26,113 bases of DNA, from positions 1 through 26,113 of IMG/VR virus record IMGVR_UViG_3300010366_000060; one strand, given 5' to 3'. Made by a program: the position numbers and the translations under genes. Source of the DNA: a virus. Taxonomy: Duplodnaviria > Caudoviricetes. This document shows positions 16,818-25,376 of this stretch, in pieces (the first letter of the stretch is position 1; each line of letters starts with the position of its first letter). A model generated the notes under the pieces. The model made no database searches and was not told where the DNA came from. It saw nothing but the letters and a program-made list of their open reading frames with translations.

Positions 16818-19800
16818 GCATCGCGCAGAAGTATCGCCTCAACTTCCAGCAGCAGGGGAAACTGTCCCCGGACGTCAATCGCGCGCTCGGCACGCAGTTC
16901 GCGAATGCCGACGAGATGTTCGAAACGCTCTTTACCGAGACGAAGCGCGTCGCCACGCTCGCGGCCATCACCAGCAGCGCCGGCGTCACCCATGCGGGTG
17001 GCCCGCTGACCCGGGATCATCTGGTCCTCGGCGCCGGCGGCGGCGACCTCACGGTGATGACCCTGCTCGGCGATGTCACCCAAGTCCTGCACGGCAACGC
17101 GAGTGGACCGCCGACGTGGGGCGCGGTCAATCTCAGTTCGGATGTCACGGGCTCGCTGCCGCAGAGCGCGGTCACGAATCTCATCAGCGATCTCGCGCTG
17201 AAAGCGCCGCTGGCGTCGCCCCTGTTCACCGGCATTCCCGCAGGGCCGACGGCGACGACGGGCACGAACACGACGCAACTGGCGACGACCGCGTTCGTGC
17301 AGAACCAAATCGCCACGAGTACGGCGAGCATCAGCCATCACACGACGCATGAACCGGGCGGCAGCGATGTGCTGCAGCTCGCGAACGAATCGCGACTGTT
17401 CGGCCGCGGCGCGGGCGCGGGCGGCGGCGCGGTGCAGGAAATTCTCGTGGGAGCGGGATTGACGATGGTCGGCACGGAGCTGCAGGTCATCGCGACGGCC
17501 AGCAGCATTCTCGACTATACGTTCACGACGACGACGACGCCGCCGCCCTCGAGCGGACATATCCGTTTCAACGACGTCTATCCCTACACGGCCGTCACGG
17601 CGGTCTACATTCATCCGACCACCGGCGGCGCGGTCGATGCCTATTGGACCCTCATCACGATTCCCGCAGGCGCGATCATCACGATGCAGGTCCAGACCGA
17701 TCACACGATCTACGTGCGGTTCACGACCGCGGCGGCCCCGATTGATCACGGCACCTACATCGAAATCCCGGTCACGTGGCTGGCGAACGGGGCGACGGCG
17801 TTCCTCAATAACGACAAGGTATTTTTTCAGGCGGCCGATCCGCTCGCCCCGCCGCTGCATCACACGACGCACGAACCTGGCGGGTCCGACGCCATCACCG
17901 TCCTGAGCGCGTCGATTCTGACGACGGGCACGCTGCCCGACGCGCGGCTCTCGGCAAACGTCGCGTTCCTCGCGTCGCCCGCGTTCACCGGCATCCCGAC
18001 CGCGCCGACGGCGACGGCCGGGACCAGCACGACGCAACTCGCGACGACGGCGTTCGTCACCTCGAGCCCTGCATTCGCCGGGACACCGACGGCGCCGACC
18101 GCGGCGGCGGGCACGAACACGACGCAGATCGCCACGACGGCGTTCGTGCTCTCGAGCATCGGCAGTACCGCCCCGGCGCTGCATGCGTCGCGGCATCGTC
18201 CTGGCGGCGCGGACCAGCTCTATAACCAGTCGCTCGACACGACGGATGCCACGACGTTTCTCTCGGTGAAGCTCGGCGCGTTCGCGGCGACGCCGCGGCC
18301 GGCGGCGGGACTCGCGTATCGCGGCACGATTTGGACGACGTACGCCAACAGCCCCGGCGACGCGATGGATGCCTGTCTGTTTGATGGCATCGACACCTAC
18401 ATCTGGCGGCCGATCGTGACCGGCCCCTACGGCGGGACGGCGACGGCGGGGAATCTCGCGGCCTGGGCGGACTCGCCCTATGAACGGGCCGTGAGCGGGC
18501 ACTCGATCTGGGATACCGGCGTGCCCTACAACCAAGTCGCGCGCCTGGATCGCGCCAACGTCTTCACGCACGCGAGCGGGCAGACCGTGCAGAACCTCTA
18601 CGTCAGCGCCACCAATGGCGCGGTCGTGTTCAACAATCCGGCACCCGGCTGGCAGATCCAAGAAGACACCCTGAATCAGCTCGTCATGTACACGCTCGAT
18701 GGCACGGGGACACCCGCCATGGCCTTCGGCAAAACGGCCGGCGGGATCCCATACATCCGCGCGAGGTTTCTCTTCGAACTGACCGAGACGACGGTCGCCG
18801 CCTATCCCGCCGCGAGCAGCGTCGGCGCGCTCGCGAATTTCAGCGACAGCACCACCATCACCCTCGGCGCGGCCATCAGCGGCGGCGGCACGAACCACGT
18901 CCTCGCCCGCTGGACGGGTAGCGCATGGGTCGTGGTGGGAGGGGACGCGATCACCGTCCCTGGACTCAGTGGGGCGACGGGGACGGTGTTGATCGGGACG
19001 GGCAGCGGCTCGAGCTTTTCCGCGAATCCCGTGGTGACGACGTTGCAGCTCGGCGCCGATGTGCTGCTGCAGCGTGACGGCGCGAACATCCTCGCGCAGA
19101 AGAACAGCACGACCAATCAAAAGTTCCGCGTCTACGGCAGTAGCAACGCGAATGGCTATGTGCAGATCGATGGCGGGTTGGGACAGATCACGCTGGCGGA
19201 CAATTCAGCCGTCACGGGCGTGCCGCAAATCATCCTCGGGAACAGTTCAATGCAGGCCAGTGGCGGCGGCATCTCGTTCCAGCTTGGTGCCGCGACTGCA
19301 CTGAACCTGCATCCGTGGACGGCGAATTTCTACACGCCCGTGACGATTACGACGTCGTCGTACTTGGCGTTCGGCACGGCCACGTCGTCCAGCGATGCCG
19401 GTGACACGCGCCTCTATCGGGACTCGACCTATAACCTGGCTCTGCGGAATGGGACCAACGGCCTCGCCTTCAGCATCTACAACACCTACACCGATGCGTC
19501 GAACTATGAACGAGTCTTCGCGGGGTGGAGTGGGGGGTACTGTTACCTCCTGACCCAGAATGGGGGGACCGGGATCGCGAGAGAGTTGATCATTGGGAAC
19601 ACGACCGCATCCGTCCTCCACTTCTACAACGGGGGCTATCGCTGGGCCATCCCACAGTCTGGGCACTTCCTCGCGGAAATCGACAACACCTACGACATCG
19701 GCGCGAACGGGGGGAACCGCCCGCGCAACGTCTACGTCGGCACGCAGTTCCTCGGCCCTGGGGGTTCCACGAGCGCACCCTCACATTCGTTCAGCAGTGA

Positions 19801-20683
19801 ATCCACGACGGGGATCTATCTGCGTGCCTCCTCCGCCATCGCGCTCAGTTTGTCGGGGACGCGGACCTACGAATTCAATGCGACCGGCATGTTCGTGCTC
19901 ACCGATGCGGCGTCCTCGATCTCGTTCGGAGCCAGCATTGACCTGATCATCCGCCGAGAAGCTGCGAACACCCTCGCGCAACGGAACGGTACGGCCGCGC
20001 AGACCTTCTACATCTACAACACCTATACGGACGCGTCGAATTATGAGCGGCTGTCGATCAGTTGTGGAGCTTCGGGCCAAATTCTCACGCAGAACGCTGG
20101 GACGGGTGCGGCGAAAAACCTGTTTTTCGGTACCGGGAATTCCAATCGTTGGTTCATCGACACCAATGGGCATTTCCTGTCGAATGCTGACAACAACTAC
20201 GACATCGGCGCGAGCGGCGCGAATCGCCCGCGCAATGTCTACATCGGGGGGACGCTGCGCGGGAGTCTCAATGCCGATGACCTCGTCAGCGGCAGCGTGG
20301 CCGATGCGCGTCTCTCTAGCAACGTCCCGCTGAAAACGACAGGGACGTGGACGCCGACGGATACGAGCGGTGCAGCCCTCACGTTCACCACGACGTACAC
20401 GGCCGTCTATACCAAGATTGGGCCGCTCGTGGTGGCGACCTTCGCCATTGTCTATCCCACCACCAGTAGCGCGGCGCAGGCGTCCATTGGCAGCTTGCCG
20501 TTCTCGTCCGCGGTCATGCAGTTTGGCGGGATGATCAACTATTCGAACGCTGGCGTGGCGATGTACCCGCTGGTGCAGACATCCAGCACCACCGTGCTTC
20601 TCTACGACGTGAATGGCGTGGCGATTACCAACGTCATGCTGTCGGGCAAAATCGTGCGGGCCACGGTCGTCTACTCGACCTGA
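16814..20683 (+). CDS. Tail fibre / receptor-binding protein (1289 aa)
   Basis: Helical N-terminal anchor; three 'SPxFxGxPxxPTAxxGTxTTQxATTAFV' fibre repeats; three HxxxHxPGGxD motifs; duplicated distal modules; C-terminal 'GTWTP...YTKIG' domain. Confidence 0.9.
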   Translation: MSIAQKYRLNFQQQGKLSPDVNRALGTQFANADEMFETLFTETKRVATLAAITSSAGVTHAGGPLTRDHLVLGAGGGDLTVMTLLGDVTQVLHGNASGPPTWGAVNLSSDVTGSLPQSAVTNLISDLALKAPLASPLFTGIPAGPTATTGTNTTQLATTAFVQNQIATSTASISHHTTHEPGGSDVLQLANESRLFGRGAGAGGGAVQEILVGAGLTMVGTELQVIATASSILDYTFTTTTTPPPSSGHIRFNDVYPYTAVTAVYIHPTTGGAVDAYWTLITIPAGAIITMQVQTDHTIYVRFTTAAAPIDHGTYIEIPVTWLANGATAFLNNDKVFFQAADPLAPPLHHTTHEPGGSDAITVLSASILTTGTLPDARLSANVAFLASPAFTGIPTAPTATAGTSTTQLATTAFVTSSPAFAGTPTAPTAAAGTNTTQIATTAFVLSSIGSTAPALHASRHRPGGADQLYNQSLDTTDATTFLSVKLGAFAATPRPAAGLAYRGTIWTTYANSPGDAMDACLFDGIDTYIWRPIVTGPYGGTATAGNLAAWADSPYERAVSGHSIWDTGVPYNQVARLDRANVFTHASGQTVQNLYVSATNGAVVFNNPAPGWQIQEDTLNQLVMYTLDGTGTPAMAFGKTAGGIPYIRARFLFELTETTVAAYPAASSVGALANFSDSTTITLGAAISGGGTNHVLARWTGSAWVVVGGDAITVPGLSGATGTVLIGTGSGSSFSANPVVTTLQLGADVLLQRDGANILAQKNSTTNQKFRVYGSSNANGYVQIDGGLGQITLADNSAVTGVPQIILGNSSMQASGGGISFQLGAATALNLHPWTANFYTPVTITTSSYLAFGTATSSSDAGDTRLYRDSTYNLALRNGTNGLAFSIYNTYTDASNYERVFAGWSGGYCYLLTQNGGTGIARELIIGNTTASVLHFYNGGYRWAIPQSGHFLAEIDNTYDIGANGGNRPRNVYVGTQFLGPGGSTSAPSHSFSSESTTGIYLRASSAIALSLSGTRTYEFNATGMFVLTDAASSISFGASIDLIIRREAANTLAQRNGTAAQTFYIYNTYTDASNYERLSISCGASGQILTQNAGTGAAKNLFFGTGNSNRWFIDTNGHFLSNADNNYDIGASGANRPRNVYIGGTLRGSLNADDLVSGSVADARLSSNVPLKTTGTWTPTDTSGAALTFTTTYTAVYTKIGPLVVATFAIVYPTTSSAAQASIGSLPFSSAVMQFGGMINYSNAGVAMYPLVQTSSTTVLLYDVNGVAITNVMLSGKIVRATVVYST
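17975..18148 (+). repeat. 90-bp (30-aa) tandem tail-fibre repeat, with a third copy at 17201-17299
   Basis: SPAFTGIPTAPTATAGTSTTQLATTAFV / SPAFAGTPTAPTAAAGTNTTQIATTAFV starting at 17975 and 18065. Confidence 0.9.
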
Positions 20684-20699
20684 AACGGAGCGAATGCCG

Positions 20700-21074
20700 A
20701 TGCCAAATGATTCCGCCACTCAACAAGCGCTGGCGAACGACGTCACGTTTCGCCGTCGCGTCCGTTCGGCAATGTCCACGGTGGCGTGGCAAGTCCAGGG
20801 CGAAGACGTGAACACGCCGAACCATCAGTCTCGCGTGAACTATGCGGACTTCGTGATTCGCCAACTGGATAGCGAGGTCAACGCGATCTTGCCGTCGCTC
20901 GTCTTCCGCCCCCTCGTCTTCAACTTTGAGACGACCTACGTGTACGACTTTCCGCTGCAGACGGGCGCGGTGGTGAGTGCCGCGGGCGATCTCGATCTGC
21001 AGTCACAGTTGGTGTCGGACTGGGATGACCTGGCCGCCGCCGCCGGTTTCAAGCCGCCGGTGACGCCGCCATAA
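20700..21074 (+). CDS. Hypothetical protein, possible fibre-associated chaperone
   Basis: GGAG SD at 20687; immediately after the fibre gene; alternative start at 20694. Confidence 0.75.
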   Translation: MPNDSATQQALANDVTFRRRVRSAMSTVAWQVQGEDVNTPNHQSRVNYADFVIRQLDSEVNAILPSLVFRPLVFNFETTYVYDFPLQTGAVVSAAGDLDLQSQLVSDWDDLAAAAGFKPPVTPP

Positions 21075-21085
21075 GACGGGAGGGC

Positions 21086-21514
21086 GTGGTGCTGACCGAT
21101 CTCAAAGCGACCGCCATCATCATGACGCTCGGAGAGCTGGTGGCGGCGGAAGAATCCTTGACCCGGCTGCTGGAGGTGCGCGTCAGCGCGCCGCTCGCGT
21201 ATCGTCTGGCGAAAGTCGCGAAGGCGGTCCGGGCCGAGACGAAACACTTTTACGAGCAGCGCGACGACTACATCCGCGAGCTGGGCGAACCCGTGCCGGC
21301 GGATCAGGCCACCGGCGGCGTCGGGGCCATGCGGGTGAAGCCCGATCTGGTCGAGGAATTCCTGAAACGGATTGCCGAGCTGAGCGCCGTGCAGGCGGAA
21401 CTCGACGTGCGCCCGCTGACACTGGCCGATCTGCCAGAGATCAGCGGCAGCGATCTCTTGCGGCTCGGATCGCTGGTGACAGACGAGCCCATCGGTGCTC
21501 CATGCGTGAAGTGA
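21086..21514 (+). CDS. Helical phage protein (DUF1617-like, putative tail-fibre chaperone)
   Basis: GGGAGG SD; 'LAYRLAKVAKAV...EQRDDYIRELGE...EEFLKRIAEL' pattern seen in small proteins downstream of fibre genes. Confidence 0.7.
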   Translation: MVLTDLKATAIIMTLGELVAAEESLTRLLEVRVSAPLAYRLAKVAKAVRAETKHFYEQRDDYIRELGEPVPADQATGGVGAMRVKPDLVEEFLKRIAELSAVQAELDVRPLTLADLPEISGSDLLRLGSLVTDEPIGAPCVK

Positions 21515-21678
21515 CGGTCGGCCAGACCATTCTCGTCAAGGATCCGCTGCTCGAGGCGATCGCCGCGAGCGTTGTCCGCATCGAAGAGAAGGTCGATCGT
21601 CTGCTCGCCGAAACGCCTGAGGCCGCTGAGGGGCGCCTCGTGATTCATATTGGCCCGGTGTCGGAACAGAAGGAGTGA
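21502..21678 (+). CDS. Small 58-aa protein with a short coiled coil (missing from the ORF track)
   Basis: MREVTVGQTILVKDPLLEAIAASVVRIEEKVDRLLAETPEAAEGRLVIHIGPVSEQKE*; fills the gap and carries the SD of the next gene. Confidence 0.65.
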   Translation: MREVTVGQTILVKDPLLEAIAASVVRIEEKVDRLLAETPEAAEGRLVIHIGPVSEQKE

Positions 21679-21683
21679 TCGCC

Positions 21684-22010
21684 ATGCTGACCATGACCGC
21701 CACCCAGAAGTGTGACCTGACGCTCGAGATCACCGATTCGAAAGGCAACCCCGCCAGCGTCGATGGCGTGCCCGTCTGGTCGTCGGCCGACGAGACACGC
21801 CTCAGTATTGAGGCCGGCGCCGACGGCCTGACCGCGACGATCGTCGCGGAGGGCCCGGCCACCACGCAGCCGGTGCAAGTCAGCGTGACCGCCGACGCCG
21901 ATCTCGGCAGCGGCGTCAAGCCGCTCGTCGGTCTGCTCGACGTGACGATCGTCGGTGCGGAAGCGACCGTGATCGCGATCACGCCAGGCACGCCGACCGA
22001 ACAGCCGTAG
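21684..22010 (+). CDS. Ig-like (Big_2-type) small protein
   Basis: AAGGAG SD; 'DSKGNP...PVWSSAD...ATIVA...VSVTADAD' Ig-like pattern. Confidence 0.75.
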   Translation: MLTMTATQKCDLTLEITDSKGNPASVDGVPVWSSADETRLSIEAGADGLTATIVAEGPATTQPVQVSVTADADLGSGVKPLVGLLDVTIVGAEATVIAITPGTPTEQP

Positions 22011-22016
22011 CGGGGA

Positions 22017-22025
22017 TGGTACGAT
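22017..22025 (+). promoter_or_regulatory. Candidate extended -10 promoter for the ejection module
   Basis: TG-G-TACGAT in the 42-bp gap before 22053. Confidence 0.3.
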
Positions 22026-22052
22026 TCGTCGTCATCTGAAGGGACGGGCACG

Positions 22053-22823
22053 ATGGCACTGGGAGACGTCGGTGGCGCCGGCTACCAATTCGTGGACAAC
22101 TTCGGGCCGAAGCGTCAACCACCGGCCGGCTATACCACGGACCCGAACACCGGCCGATACATTCCGATCGTCGGATCCGGCGCGGATGTCCTACAGCAGC
22201 GCGACCGGCAGCAGAAGCTCGAGGACGAGGCCCGCCAGCGGACGCTGACCTGGGAGACATCTGATCGCAACGCGCGGGATGAGCTACGCACCAAGCTGGT
22301 CGGGATGCTCGACCGCCCGATCGAAACCGGCTACATGGCCGGCTATTCGGGGGGCGGCGGCCCGGGCCCGACCGATTTCGCGGTGCCACCTGAAATCGGG
22401 AGCATCCAACTGCCAGATACCTCAGCCGCCCAAGCCAATATTTTTGCCAGGGCGAAGGATCAGGTCGGCCAAGAGACGGCGGGCAGTCTGGCGTCGCTCA
22501 GGAGTGCGCTCGCCGGCCGGGGGATGCTGGGGGGCGGCGCCGAAGTTCGGGGCGCCCAGAACATCCTGACGGCTGGGCAGGGGCAATTGGGCGACACGAC
22601 GCGCGAGCAGGCGATTCAGGAAGGCAACCGCCTGACCGATTTCGCGAAACTGGGCTACGAAGGCGCGATTCAACAGCGCGGCCAGGACATCAGCGCGCGC
22701 GGCCAGGACATCAGCGCCCGCAACGCGGCGGCCGATCGCGCCCAGCGCGCCGCCGAGTTCAACGCGAACGCCAACCGCACGCGCTACGAAGGCGTCAGCA
22801 ACCTGCTCGGCAAACTGTATTGA
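22053..22823 (+). CDS. Putative ejection (DNA transfer/pilot) protein
   Basis: Gln/Ala/Gly-rich helical protein with a tandem RGQDISA repeat; first gene of the post-tail module. Confidence 0.7.
   Translation: MALGDVGGAGYQFVDNFGPKRQPPAGYTTDPNTGRYIPIVGSGADVLQQRDRQQKLEDEARQRTLTWETSDRNARDELRTKLVGMLDRPIETGYMAGYSGGGGPGPTDFAVPPEIGSIQLPDTSAAQANIFARAKDQVGQETAGSLASLRSALAGRGMLGGGAEVRGAQNILTAGQGQLGDTTREQAIQEGNRLTDFAKLGYEGAIQQRGQDISARGQDISARNAAADRAQRAAEFNANANRTRYEGVSNLLGKLY
22677..22718 (+). repeat. 21-bp tandem duplication (RGQDISA x2)
   Basis: cgcggccaggacatcagcgc(g/c) occurs twice. Confidence 0.9.
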
Positions 22824-22835
22824 TGAGATGCGGCC

Positions 22836-23519
22836 ATGCCGAACTGGTCGATCAGCGCACTTTATCGTCGGCTCTTACCGGGCGCGAGTCTGCTCGATGA
22901 TGTGCAGCCGCCGGCGGCACCTGATCGATCGTCTCAGATGCCGCAGCCGTTGCGGGCGGGGGATCCGGTCGGAAACGTCGCCGATCCGACCTTTGCGATC
23001 ACCGATCCGCGTGAAGGCGGGCGGCTGACCGGCGCGAGCTATCCCGGCCTCGTCGCCAGGGACGTCGCCACCGTCGCGCGACGCACCGGCGTCGATCCGC
23101 ATACGGCGCTCGCCATGGGGCTGCAGGAATCGACGCTTGGTCGGACCCAGGCCAGCAATCCCCTGACCGTGTCGGCCCCGCATCCGATGGTGGATCCGGA
23201 CACCGATCCGATCGCCTACACGCTGGGGCAATCCCCGCAATATCGCACGGCGCTCGAGGCGCACACGCGCGACGTCAATCTCAATACCGCGCTGACCTAC
23301 CTGAAATCGCTGCAGCAGCGATTGAGGACCAGTCCGGAAGAGCGGCAGATTCAGGCGTACAACGGCCTCGGCCGCCCGCGGTTCGCGAGCACGGCGTACG
23401 GCGGCGTGGCGCCGACGGAACTGCCCGAAAACTTCTACGGCAAGCGCGTGCAGGACATCAGGGAAAACGTCGTGCGGACCAACCCCGCCTTGCAACGATT
23501 GGTGAGAGGTGGCGACTAA
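22836..23519 (+). CDS. Lytic transglycosylase/lysozyme-fold protein, probably virion-associated
   Basis: 'VARRTGVDPHTALAMGLQES' (catalytic E-S motif), 'IQAYNGLG' and 'YGKRV' match SLT-type motifs; no signal peptide evident. Confidence 0.7.
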   Translation: MPNWSISALYRRLLPGASLLDDVQPPAAPDRSSQMPQPLRAGDPVGNVADPTFAITDPREGGRLTGASYPGLVARDVATVARRTGVDPHTALAMGLQESTLGRTQASNPLTVSAPHPMVDPDTDPIAYTLGQSPQYRTALEAHTRDVNLNTALTYLKSLQQRLRTSPEERQIQAYNGLGRPRFASTAYGGVAPTELPENFYGKRVQDIRENVVRTNPALQRLVRGGD

Positions 23520-24049
23520 TGGCTGTCTCATCGATTCGAACGTTGCGGAACAAGACAGTGCCGCTCCGTCCCGATCCGGACGAGGCGCGGCTGCAACAGA
23601 TCGAAGAGTCGTGGCGGCAATATCCGGGCCGCGCACCAGGCGGCACCGGGCTGACGGGTCTGCTGCCCAACGACAGCCGCGGTTATTCCGACATGCTCAA
23701 CGAGCGGACGGAGTACGGCAACCTGCTGCGGCGGCAACAAGGACAGGCACCGCTAGCCGTCGTGCAGGGACGCGGCTTCGCACCAGAGCCGTACTACACC
23801 GCCGGCGATGCGCTGGCCGGCGTCGAGCAGTCGATGCCGTGGTATGAGCCGCCGCCGCCGCCGCCGAAGCAGCAGCAACCGCAGGCCCCGCAGGCACCGC
23901 AAGCGCCGGCCGCACCGCCGCCGCCGCCGGATCGCGGGCAACTGCGGCCCAAGGATTTCGTGCCGTTCAGCCCCGTGCGGTCGCCAGAACTCGGCAGCTC
24001 GGCTGCGATCGGGGCATTGCGGCGAGGCACCATGCCGTACGGGATGTGA
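23519..24049 (+). CDS. Pro/Gln-rich disordered protein, putative internal virion protein
   Basis: TAATG overlap, GAGG SD; polyproline and QAP repeats. Confidence 0.7.
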   Translation: MAVSSIRTLRNKTVPLRPDPDEARLQQIEESWRQYPGRAPGGTGLTGLLPNDSRGYSDMLNERTEYGNLLRRQQGQAPLAVVQGRGFAPEPYYTAGDALAGVEQSMPWYEPPPPPPKQQQPQAPQAPQAPAAPPPPPDRGQLRPKDFVPFSPVRSPELGSSAAIGALRRGTMPYGM

Positions 24050-24056
24050 GGTCACG

Positions 24057-25370
24057 ATGGCGAGAAAACGGACGACGGACATTGAACTCTATCCGCAAGG
24101 CGACATCGCGCTGCCCAAGGAAGACTACGCGTGGACCGTTGACAACCCGGAGCCGCCTGATGTCGTCAACTGGCCGTCACCCGCCACGCGCGGACCCGTG
24201 GGACCGCCGACCAGCGAGCGCCAGGCGCAGATCATGGCGGCGGCGACCGCGCCTGACCGTGTCACCGCCTCGCGTGCGCCGAGTCCTCGCGATGCAATTG
24301 GCGTGCTTCGTCGCGCGTTCGGCGCGTTCGATCCACGCTACAGCGACTCGCCCGAATCGGATCCGTCCTCGGCGTATGGCGATACCGGCGGGGCACTCGC
24401 GTTGAATGCGCTGCGTGAACGGCGCGCCGGCGAACTCGCCGATCGCGTACGCGCCGCAGAAGCGACCGCCGGCCTCCCGATGGAAGGCTACGTCCAAGGT
24501 GAGCCCGGTCGCCGCACGCGTAGCAACGCCAGCTCGGTGATGGATCTGCTGTTCCAGCGTGCCAACCTAGAGGATGTCAGCGGCGAGATGGCCGCCGATC
24601 CGTACACCGGGCAGGCGGAACAAGAACGCGCCCAATCTGCGAAGGATGCGCTCGACAAAACGATGTTCACGCAACGCCCCGAAGTCGCCGCGACCGCGAA
24701 CGCCGTCGCCTCGAGAAACGCGTTTGCGAACTTCCTGAACAAGCAGAAGGGCTACGAGGCGGAAACAACGGATGCGGGCAAGGCCGCGCTCGACGCCGAG
24801 AGTCGACGCAAGGTCGCCGAGATGGAAGCAGCCAGCGGCATGAAGGGTGGGCTGAAGCAGGTTCCCGATCCGAACCATCCAGGCAGCATGATCTGGGTCC
24901 GCGCGCAAGACGCCATCGGGTCTGCGGCGCCGATGCCGGGGGCTGAACGGACTCGCTTCAACACCGCCCAGACAGTGATCGATACGGGTAACGATATCGT
25001 CGCGCAGCTCCGCGATCCCAACATCGCGAGCCAACTCGGTCCCGTGATGGGACGCTACAACACGCTACGAGATTTCATCGGCGATCCGCCGCCGGAACTG
25101 AGTGGCTTGGCGGCCCAGATCGAATCCTTCGCGATGGCGAATGTGGGCGTTCATGCGATGCGGAGTGTGCGGGGCGCGCAAGAACTGGCGAAGTTGATGG
25201 ATCAGCACCACACGCCGGAGTCGTTGATCAGGAGCGTCCAAGGCCTGAGCCAGTTCGCGCAGCACTTCGTCGCGAACGTGACCGGTGCGCCGAAGAGCAA
25301 CGCGCCAGCGGGCGCGACGAGCGCACCGGCGGGCAATAGGCCGAAGATTCTCAAGATCGAACCGGAGTAA
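24057..25370 (+). CDS. Putative ejection/internal virion protein
   Basis: GAGG SD before ATG24057; disordered N-terminus followed by an Ala/Gln-rich helical body. Confidence 0.75.
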   Translation: MARKRTTDIELYPQGDIALPKEDYAWTVDNPEPPDVVNWPSPATRGPVGPPTSERQAQIMAAATAPDRVTASRAPSPRDAIGVLRRAFGAFDPRYSDSPESDPSSAYGDTGGALALNALRERRAGELADRVRAAEATAGLPMEGYVQGEPGRRTRSNASSVMDLLFQRANLEDVSGEMAADPYTGQAEQERAQSAKDALDKTMFTQRPEVAATANAVASRNAFANFLNKQKGYEAETTDAGKAALDAESRRKVAEMEAASGMKGGLKQVPDPNHPGSMIWVRAQDAIGSAAPMPGAERTRFNTAQTVIDTGNDIVAQLRDPNIASQLGPVMGRYNTLRDFIGDPPPELSGLAAQIESFAMANVGVHAMRSVRGAQELAKLMDQHHTPESLIRSVQGLSQFAQHFVANVTGAPKSNAPAGATSAPAGNRPKILKIEPE

Positions 25371-25376
25371 TCCGTC

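Noticed and set aside
19436-20251. Diversity-generating retroelement TR/VR pair
   Set aside because: Both copies are in frame within the fibre, the differences are not adenine-specific and include indels, and no reverse transcriptase is present.
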